Of a DNA stretch of 64,000 bases, positions 56,680-64,000 are shown piece after piece (within the stretch, counting starts at the first letter, position 1; each line of letters begins with the position of its first letter). The DNA comes from an uncultured Acidimicrobiales bacterium. Its GTDB lineage: Bacteria; Actinomycetota; Acidimicrobiia; Acidimicrobiales; SZUA-35. The notes under the pieces are model-generated. The model did no database searches. It was not told the origin of the DNA and saw only the letters and a list, made by a program, of their open reading frames with translations. The stretch is taken from positions 48,625 through 112,624 of the forward strand of contig CAWDOA010000014.1 in the NCBI GenBank assembly GCA_963803875.1. The letters run 5' to 3'. The translations under genes and the position numbers were made by a program.

Positions 56680-57588
56680 TCAGAGTGCAGTGACGGTGTC
56701 GAAGACAGACCTACCTCGAGAGGCGATCACGCACAGTTCGGCGAAGCGAGGTTTCACATAGTCCTCCACCGCTTGCGCACGAGTATCGGGTGCGAGAGCT
56801 TCGCGCCACAGGGCCCGGCCAACGGTGAAGCCGGCACATCCGTGCTCGACCGCCTCGGACAACTGATCGCGAAATTCCGGGTACGGCACACCCCAGCTCA
56901 GCAGCGCCCATGGATGAGATCCGGTGGCGTCATTCAGCTCTTCGCATGCCCCGCCCCCGGGAAACGGAACCTTGAGGATCATTGGGCCCATCGGGGCGAT
57001 CCGACGAACGGATTCCACGATCACCTTCTGCCGGTCAGCAGCGTCAGCTATGTCGTAGGGCACGGGCTCGACCAGGAGCGGGAGACCGGCGTGGTGAGCC
57101 TGGGAGACAGCGGCTCGAACGAACCGATCCTGAGCACCGGTGTGGTCACCTCGGTCATGCCGGTACAGCACCAGGATCTTTGCGCCATCACCGCCCATGC
57201 GCATCAACTGGTCCGCAGACCAATCGGGCATGAAGTCGTTCACCGAAGCCGAGCCATCCGCGCCGCTGTGATGGTAGCCCTGGGCTTCCAGGGCCCCGAA
57301 CACCCCGATCGAAGCCGGCACGGACCGGGTTCGGAGGAGTTGGGGTAGCGAGTACTCCGGTTCGAGCATCACACCGCTCGGTGCGTCGCCCAGTCCGGCG
57401 ATCATGTCGGCCTTGAACTGGGTGAGCGTCTCAGCGGAAACCGAACCCGGATCATCGGGATCGAACTCACTCCGAAGTGCGTCCCGGTGGTCGACGGCGA
57501 GCACGTTGAAGTGTCCGTCAGCGTTCGTGACCCGGGACAGACGGCGGTAGGCACCTACCGACCATCGGTCACGATCGATTTCAGCCAC
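56680..57588 (-). CDS. class I aldolase, LacD/DUF2090-like (candidate 5-dehydro-2-deoxyphosphogluconate aldolase)
   Basis: TIM-barrel aldolase-like (NVLAVDHR, LEPEY, GAKILVLY, KVPFPG). GTG 57588 overlaps the iolB stop (GTGGCTGA). Context is between iolB and the dehydrogenases. Function is inferred. Confidence 0.6.
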   Translation of the reverse strand: MAEIDRDRWSVGAYRRLSRVTNADGHFNVLAVDHRDALRSEFDPDDPGSVSAETLTQFKADMIAGLGDAPSGVMLEPEYSLPQLLRTRSVPASIGVFGALEAQGYHHSGADGSASVNDFMPDWSADQLMRMGGDGAKILVLYRHDRGDHTGAQDRFVRAAVSQAHHAGLPLLVEPVPYDIADAADRQKVIVESVRRIAPMGPMILKVPFPGGGACEELNDATGSHPWALLSWGVPYPEFRDQLSEAVEHGCAGFTVGRALWREALAPDTRAQAVEDYVKPRFAELCVIASRGRSVFDTVTAL

Positions 57589-58405
57589 CAAGATCGCCGT
57601 TCGTGACCACCGGCATGCCCCACTCACCGGCGGCCCAATCCTTCTCTATCCACGTGTGGTCGCTGTGGAAGCACGGCGGGGTTCGACGCTCATCGCCCAC
57701 CAACTCACCGGCCAGGTAGTTCAGGAAGTACATGTTCGCCCCAGGGCATGCGACCGAGGTGTGGTAGCCCCTGGGAACAGTGGCGAGTTCACCATCCTTA
57801 CCGCAGAAGAGGTCATCGAAGACGTCCTCGTCAGCCCCTTCGTCTCGCCAGTTCCGGTGGATCCAGAACCCTTCGGGTCGGTCCATCCTGAAGTAGTAGA
57901 CCTCCTCCAAGTAGGGCGAACCGTCAAAACCGTCGTGGCAATGGGGCGGCCAGCCAGACCATGTTCCTCGAGGTACGTAGACCTCATACAAGATGAGGCG
58001 CTCGGCTTCGATCGGCATCGCCAGCGTATGGTTCACCTGCCGGAGCGCTTGGCCACCGCCCCTTACCTCGCTGCGGATCGTGGACGGTTCCACGAGCTTT
58101 GCGCCGTACAAACCTTGCGCCGGCGCCGAACCAACCGCGTAGGTGAAAGGCTCTGACCCTGCTGTGACGGTGATGTCGACACCCGGTGGGACATAACCGA
58201 CAGGCGCGAGTTCGGTGAAGACCGACGAGCGGCTCACTTCGTGCTCAGCACCGTCGAACTTCAGTGTGGCCGAACCGGACAACGGCACGACCGCCTGCTC
58301 GCGGGCGCCCTGGGAATGAGTGCTCGAATCGCCGGAAGCGAGTTCGACAATGTCGAACGCCAGATAGGTCCAACCCTCGGACTCGGGGGTGACTGATCGA
58401 TTCAT
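57581..58405 (-). CDS. iolB: 5-deoxy-glucuronate isomerase IolB
   Basis: 274-aa cupin protein with an IolB-like N-terminus (EGWTYLAFDIVELASGDS...EQAVVPLSGSATL). Confidence 0.8.
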   Translation of the reverse strand: MNRSVTPESEGWTYLAFDIVELASGDSSTHSQGAREQAVVPLSGSATLKFDGAEHEVSRSSVFTELAPVGYVPPGVDITVTAGSEPFTYAVGSAPAQGLYGAKLVEPSTIRSEVRGGGQALRQVNHTLAMPIEAERLILYEVYVPRGTWSGWPPHCHDGFDGSPYLEEVYYFRMDRPEGFWIHRNWRDEGADEDVFDDLFCGKDGELATVPRGYHTSVACPGANMYFLNYLAGELVGDERRTPPCFHSDHTWIEKDWAAGEWGMPVVTNGDLGG

Positions 58406-58425
58406 GAGGATCCTCTCGGACAGAG

Positions 58426-59389
58426 TTATAGAACGGAGCCGTCGGTGCGAACCTGGTCGACCTCGTGGCGATAGGGCATGTCATCAGCGCACAGCAACCG
58501 AGCCGCAACGATGGCACCGGCAGCGTTGCCGCGCCGGGCGGCTTCCACAAATCCGACACCGGAGAGAATTGAATCACAGAACGAGCCCCCGAATGCGTCG
58601 CCGGCGCCGAGGCCGCAGACCACCTGGACCGGATAGGGCGGAACGGTTTCTCGCTCTCCATCAGCGGTGGCGACCATCACACCATCACCGCCCAGTTTCA
58701 CCACTGCACATGTCGCTCCGGTTTCGAGGAGTCGGTCGGCCGCCTGGTTGGGTTCGCTCGTACCCACGGCCACCTGGCATTCCTGTCGGTTGCCGATAAT
58801 CACGCTGAAGTGCCTGAGCATCGGATTGATCACCTCGTGGGCGGCCGCCTCCGACTCCCAGAACTGGTAGCGCCAGTCGAGATCAAGAATCGTGTGCTCG
58901 GCGCGAGCCCTCGATCTCCAGGAGGCCTGTCACGGTGCCACGGCTCGGTTCGGTTGAGAACCTCGTGGCCGGCATCCAGAGGATCCTGCACTCCGTCACC
59001 GGCAGATCGAGGAGATCGTCCGGCGTGAGCTCCATGTCGGGTCCGGATGGTTCTCGATAGAAGATGATGTTCGGTTCGGTACGCGGGTTCAGCTCGGCGA
59101 ACGCCAGCGGGGTCTTGAGTGTCGGGTGGGTCGAGATCCAGCGGGTGTCGACGTTGAAACGGGTCGAAAGTGCATGGGTGACGTCGTCGCCGAATGCATC
59201 GTCGCCGACCTTGGTGACGAGCGCTGCTCGTCTCCCCAGTCGTGCCGCTGCGACCGCAACATTGGTTGCGGTCCCGCCGACACTTTTCTCCAGCGTTCGT
59301 ACATCACGCATTGGACCCTCGGTTGTCGGATAGAGATCGACACTGATCCGACCGACGGTGATGATCTCCGGAGCGTCGGTGGTGGCCAC
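58426..59389 (-). pseudogene. iolC: 5-dehydro-2-deoxygluconokinase IolC (PfkB family), frameshifted as assembled
   Basis: The N-terminus (VGRISVDLYP...GGTATNVAVAAARLG) is in ORF 58883..59389. The C-terminus (RAEHTILDLDWRYQFW...GAGDAFGG) is in the frame of ORF 58426..58833. The switch is at ~58890-58930. Confidence 0.8.
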
Positions 59390-60186
59390 TAGCCGCCTGA
59401 ACCACCGGTGGCTTGGGCCAGCTCATGCTGAAGCGCCTCGAGCTCGGCTCCGCCCGCCATCTTCTGGGTCAGTTCGGCCTGGCTGATCTCGTCCTTGGCG
59501 AAGTTGCCCATCGACTTGCCTCGGTTGAGGATCAAGAAACGGTCACCGACCGGGTAGGCGTGTGCGGGGTTGTGGGTGATGAAGATGACGCCGAGACCGC
59601 GTTCGGCCGCAGCCAGGATGTACTTCAGCACGACCCCGGACTGGCGCACCCCCAATGCCGACGTGGGCTCGTCGAGGATGAGGACCTTGGCGCCGAAATG
59701 GACCGCACGGGCGATGGCCACCGATTGGCGCTCACCACCGGACAGCGTCCCAACCGGCTGCTCGGTGTCTCGAATATCGATGCCCATCTTGGCCATCTCA
59801 GCTTTGGCGGTCTCGCTGGCAACCTGCTTGTCCACCCACCGGAACGGCCATATACCTCGGGCAGGTTCGGCCCCGAGGAAGAAGTTCCGCCAGACCGACA
59901 TGAGCGGGACCATGGCCAGGTCTTGATACACCGCCGCTATGCCCCGGTCGAGCGCTTCACGAGGCGAGTTGAACTTCATCGCCTGGCCCTCCAACCGAAA
60001 CTCTCCCTCGTCATGCTGATGCACGCCGGCGAGGATCTTGATGAATGTGGACTTTCCGGCGCCGTTGTCGCCCAGCACACACGTGACCTCGCCAGCATTC
60101 ACACTGGTCGTGACGCCCTGGAGAGCAATGATGTTGCCGTAGTACTTTCCGACATTGTCAAGCTCGATAAGTGATTCGGTGCTCAT
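59389..60186 (-). CDS. sugar (CUT2-type) ABC transporter ATP-binding protein
   Basis: Walker [10 protein letters not shown], signature LSGGERQ, Walker [12 protein letters not shown]. Intact 265-aa ORF. Confidence 0.9.
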   Translation of the reverse strand: MSTESLIELDNVGKYYGNIIALQGVTTSVNAGEVTCVLGDNGAGKSTFIKILAGVHQHDEGEFRLEGQAMKFNSPREALDRGIAAVYQDLAMVPLMSVWRNFFLGAEPARGIWPFRWVDKQVASETAKAEMAKMGIDIRDTEQPVGTLSGGERQSVAIARAVHFGAKVLILDEPTSALGVRQSGVVLKYILAAAERGLGVIFITHNPAHAYPVGDRFLILNRGKSMGNFAKDEISQAELTQKMAGGAELEALQHELAQATGGSGG

Positions 60187-60286
60187 GATTCCGCTCCCTG
60201 TTGATGGGTTCTGGTTTGAAGCGTTTCGGCGCCCCGCCGCCGAAAGGCGGTACGTGAGGAGGCATCCTGGGGGTCGATGAACGACG

Positions 60287-62439
60287 TCATCTTCCTGCCG
60301 CCTCTGCCTTGTTCTTGATGAAGTTGTTGGCGATCACAGCCGACAGCAGAATCACTCCGAGGAAGGCGAACCGCCAGTCGGAGTTCCATCTGGCGGCCGG
60401 TATGCCCTGTTTGGACATGGCCATGATCAGTGCACCGATGGCGGCACCGAAGGCCGAGCCGTAACCGCCGGTCAGCAACGTCCCCCCGACCACGGCGGCG
60501 ATGATGTACTCGAACTCCAGTCCGTTTCCGGTGCCCGACTGCAGCGTGTTGAGACGGAAGGCCAGGAGAAGACCCACCAACCACGCCGCAACCGAGACGA
60601 TCATGAACAGCTGGGTCTTCGTGCGTGCCGCTGGCACACCGATCTGGCGAGCCGCCTGCTTGTTGCCGCCGACGGCGAAGATCCAGCTGCCGAACTTGGT
60701 GCTGCCGAGCAGCCAAGTAGCGAAGATCGCAATCCCAATGAACCACAGGACACTCATACGGAAATTGGCCGGGTTGGTCTCGCCCAGCGCCAGCTCTTCC
60801 TCGGTGGTGAACAGCAGACCGGGTGATCAGACCCACACCAACTGCGACGATTCCAACCCGGGCCAGAATGCCGGCGAGCCTCTCGGAGATCGTCGTTCGT
60901 CGTGGCGACGGGTTTCGAACATACGTTGAGGCAACCGCCCACACCGCGATCAGCAGCGCGGCCACCAAGCATCACGCTGAATGCTTCGGTTCTGAACTTG
61001 GTGGAGGTTGATGCGCCCTGAACGAACCAGGCGAGGCGGGCACCCATCAACGCTGCAAGCAGGAGGACGAATGCTCGCGAGGCGCGGTGAGACCCGTCCG
61101 GCCTTGTAGGCCGCCATGGCGAGATCCGAGGAAGCCGGCCAGCACGAGCATACCGAAGAGGATTGCCCGCAGGCCCTGTTCGGTGGTCATGAACAGGAAC
61201 CCGTACACCCCGAAGCCGGCACCGATTGCCGGCTGCAACTGTCGATATGACCGAACGGATCATCGCCTGCTGAGATTGCGACGAGTCGTGCGTGTTGCCA
61301 GGCCCGGTATCCGACCAGCGCGCCACCGAGCGATCACCAATGGCCATTTCAGCGCACCGACCAGGTCGAGCACGCTCTCTTGAGATTCGACCTCGAGGCC
61401 ATCGGCGCAGATGATGCCCAGGTTGAGGACCACGAGAGCTCCTACGGTCCAGGTGAGGGTTTCGTTGACTGTAGAGCGTGGAACCCATCGTCCTGAGGCT
61501 CGTAGCGCCAGACGCACAATCCGATGAAGCCGGCCAGTGCGGAGAGGGCGATCAGGACAACCGCAAGCGTGTTGGCTCCGCGACCGTCGGAGTTGTGCAT
61601 GTACGAAGATCGAGCCGACCGCCCCGGCGATACCGGCGACTAGGAGAGGTAGACCGATCGGGTTCGGTGACTGTCGACGTTTGAAGTTCATCTCGTAGAT
61701 CGCGGCTCCGAGAAGGCTGCCACCTGCCACGAATCCGATGAGCCAAACGGCGTCGCGGCACCCCAAGCTGGTGATCGTTGCGGGCCCACACTCCATCGAA
61801 GATCGGCTTCCAGAATTCGTAGCCGCGGCCTGACGCCTCGTCGATTCGACCGACCGAGATGTTGTCGATGATCAGTTTCGAGAAACCAAGCTTGAAACCA
61901 CGGAGGATGAAGAAGGTTGCCAGTGTCACGATGAAGCTGGGAAGGCCGGTCCGTTCGACCATGGTTCCGTTGAAGTAGCCGAGGCCAAGGGCAACGATCA
62001 GCGACAGCGGGATGGCGATCCAGAGGCTCAACCCCGCTCCACCCAGCTCACCGATGTCCTTCACCAGCAGGATGGTGACGATGCCCAGCGCTCCGGTTGC
62101 AGCACCGGAGGAGAGATCGAACTCCCCACCGATCATCAACAGTGAGACCGCAACGGCCATGATCCCCAGCGGCGCAGCCACATCCATGATGTTGGCAAAC
62201 CCGGTGGCCACCCCGAAGGTGTCGGCCACCGCCCAGAAGAAGACCCAGATTGCGGCGGCACCGATGATCGCCCCGATCTCGGGACGGATGAGAAGCCGTT
62301 GAAAGACTCCTCGGTACGCCAACCGTTCATCGGCGGTGTTGACCGTCAGTGCCTCGGTCTCGGCTGCGATCTCGGCGGCGTCTTCGGCGTCTACGTCCAC
62401 ATCGATTTCGACAGCTGGCGAAGCGTCAGCGTGCTTCAT
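60287..62439 (-). pseudogene. CUT2 sugar ABC transporter permease, heavily frame-disrupted as assembled
   Basis: The N-terminal part (MIGGEFDLSSGA, PSFIVTLATFFILRG) is in ORF 61552..62439. The C-terminal part (FGSWIFAVGGNKQAARQIGVP, VVGGTLLTGGYGSAFGAAIGA) is in ORF 60287..60757. In between, TM-like coding signal hops among all three frames at least 6 times (60.76-61.8 kb). Confidence 0.7.
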
Positions 62440-62575
62440 CGTTGGTCCCTTTCATCTTTCCCCTTTTCTCATCTTCGTTGTCAGCTAGAACCAAACGGGG
62501 AGGCCAGACCTGATGTTCGGTCCGGCCTCCCAGCTCACTGTCTATGGTGCTTCACCGTTGGGTGATGCGTTGCTA

Positions 62576-63705
62576 TCAGCGGGTTCCGGCCGCAACGAGT
62601 GCCTTGACGTCGGCTGCGTTGTCGGGAGTGACGAAGCCGGGACCGGTGAGGATCGGCAGCCCACCACCGAGGGTGTTCTTGTTGGTGGCCTCGAGGAACA
62701 TGAGCAGGACGGGGATGTAGCCCTGGAGGTACTGCTGCTGGTCCACGGTGAAGATCACGTCGCCGCCTTCGATGGCGTCGATCAGCTCGGGAGTGATGTC
62801 GAAACCACCGACCGGGATGTCCTGGCCGAGGTCCTGTGCGGCACGGAGACCGGACATTGCGATGACCGGCCCGACGCCCATGAAGCCGTCGATGTCGGGA
62901 TCGGCCGACAGGGCAGCGTTGATGGCTGCTTGCTGCGCGGTCTGGTCGGCGTCGAGACCCATGAAGGACTGAACGACCTCACCCTCAAAGGTTGCGGCGA
63001 GGCCGTCACAACGCTCGCCGAGCGCAACGTTGTCCTGCTCCTGGATGCCACAGAGGATCTTGGTGGCTCGACCGTCGGCGTTGAACTGCTTGCCGGCACC
63101 TTCACCGGCGATGACCTCGGTCTGGCCCACGTGGGTGGTTGCACCGATCTCCTCGTAGTCGTTCACACCCGAGTTGAGGGTGTACACCGGGATGCCGGCT
63201 GCGACCGCGGCCTTGGAGGCCGGGGATCAGCTGATCGGGTGAAGGCAACGAGGCAGCGATGCCGTCGGCACCTGAGGCGATGGCGGCGTCGATGTCGGAG
63301 GCCTGGACTGCGGGATCGTTGTTCGAGCCTTGCCAGACGAGTTCGACACCGAGGTCGGCGGCGGCTTGATCGGCGCCACGCTTGAGCACGGACCAGAACG
63401 GGCCGTCGTCGGAGTGGGTGATCATGTAGAAGGTGAGGTCGGTTCCCTGCACTAGGTCAACGTCGTCGTCGCCACCGTCGTCGGACGCACCGTCATCAGC
63501 AGAGCTGTCGTCAGCGAGAGCTGTCGTCGGCGGCGCTGTCGTCGCCGGAACCGTCGTCGGATGCTTCGGGCGCATTGCTGCCACATGCGGCGGCGATGAG
63601 CGAGACGGCAAAGAGCAACGCCAGAAGGCGCTTCAAGGTTGTGGTCATTCGTGGACTCCCCAGTTGTGGATCGGCTCTCCCGCCGATCCGTGTGACTGAT
63701 GACAC
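62576..63705 (-). pseudogene. sugar ABC transporter periplasmic/lipoprotein substrate-binding protein, two frameshifts as assembled
   Basis: Lipoprotein signal (LLALLFAVSLIAAACGS) is in ORF 63511..63705. The PBP type I core is split between ORFs 63102..63611 (LTFYMITHSDDGPFW) and 62576..63187 (PVYTLNSG...GFDITPELIDAIEGG). Switches are at ~63500-63560 and ~63185-63240. Confidence 0.75.
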
Positions 63706-63815
63706 TAGTCCAGGAACTTCACGAACGGCAAAGGTCCACGCCTTTCACTTAAGCTGTGACGCCGGTCCGTAACAAACGAGCCCCGCAAACCGCCGCCAGC
63801 GGAGCCATCCGTGCC

Positions 63816-64000
63816 CTAGAAAAGACCCAGCGATTGCAGATACGTGATGCTGGTCTGAACGTCTCTGATCGGGCCGTCGCCCTGCCCGGGCATCTCGCCC
63901 GTGATGGCACAGTCCTGCTCGACGACGTACCAGCCATCGTAGCCCCAGGACTCGAGCGTACGAATGACCTCGCCGATCGGGAGCTGGCCGGATCCCAGGG
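63816..64000 (-). CDS. sugar phosphate isomerase/epimerase (xylose-isomerase-like TIM barrel; IolE-like), C-terminal fragment cut by window edge
   Basis: My own minus-strand translation ends ...GSGQLPIGEVIRTLESWGYDGWYVVEQDCAITGEMPGQGDGPIRDVQTSITYLQSLGLF*. The GYDGW..VEQD pattern is typical of this family. Not in the ORF track because no start lies inside the window. Confidence 0.6.
   Translation of the reverse strand, partial: LGSGQLPIGEVIRTLESWGYDGWYVVEQDCAITGEMPGQGDGPIRDVQTSITYLQSLGLF

Noticed and set aside
1-64000. CRISPR arrays, rRNA genes, toxin-antitoxin pairs, restriction-modification or other recognisable defence systems.
   Set aside because: No regularly spaced direct repeats with unique spacers, no rRNA-like sequence and no ORFs with nuclease, methylase or TA hallmarks were noticed. 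This was visual inspection only, so small or novel systems could have been missed.

Overview
About 64 kb of GC-rich bacterial chromosome. GC was not computed, but third-position GC bias and many Arg/Pro/Gly-rich shadow ORFs are obvious. Gene content and order look actinobacterial: hrcA-dnaJ-rsmE, phoH-ybeY-corC-era, recO, uppS, rpsT/lepA, holA, comEC-comEA and a BldD-like regulator. That is an inference from synteny only; no database search was possible.

Most of the window is housekeeping: 3 tRNAs, dnaG-rpoD, glyQS, trkAH, folP, lepA, rpsT and others. The right-hand third is more accessory. It holds an SHMT-like/PhyH/ABC-2 exporter cluster, a secreted repeat-ENPP protein, and a myo-inositol catabolic locus (iolG/iolB/iolC/aldolase plus a CUT2 sugar ABC transporter).

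No CRISPR array, rRNA, transposase, integrase or recognisable defence system was seen.

Most notable observations:
1. An HD-GYP c-di-GMP phosphodiesterase appears to continue, across one frame change, into an extracellular cadherin-like plus double lamin-tail-domain module. A BldD-like regulator with an intact RXD-X8-RXXD c-di-GMP signature lies 3 kb away.
2. A family of long imperfect-palindrome intergenic elements is present (8.4-8.8 kb and 15.3-15.7 kb), with a short conserved hairpin motif recurring at 55.4 kb.
3. Many single-base frame disruptions occur. Some hit essential genes (glyQS, era), which suggests assembly indels. They are extremely dense in the inositol transporter genes (60.3-63.7 kb), which suggests either a low-quality patch or genuine decay.

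All product calls rest on motifs read from the supplied translations.
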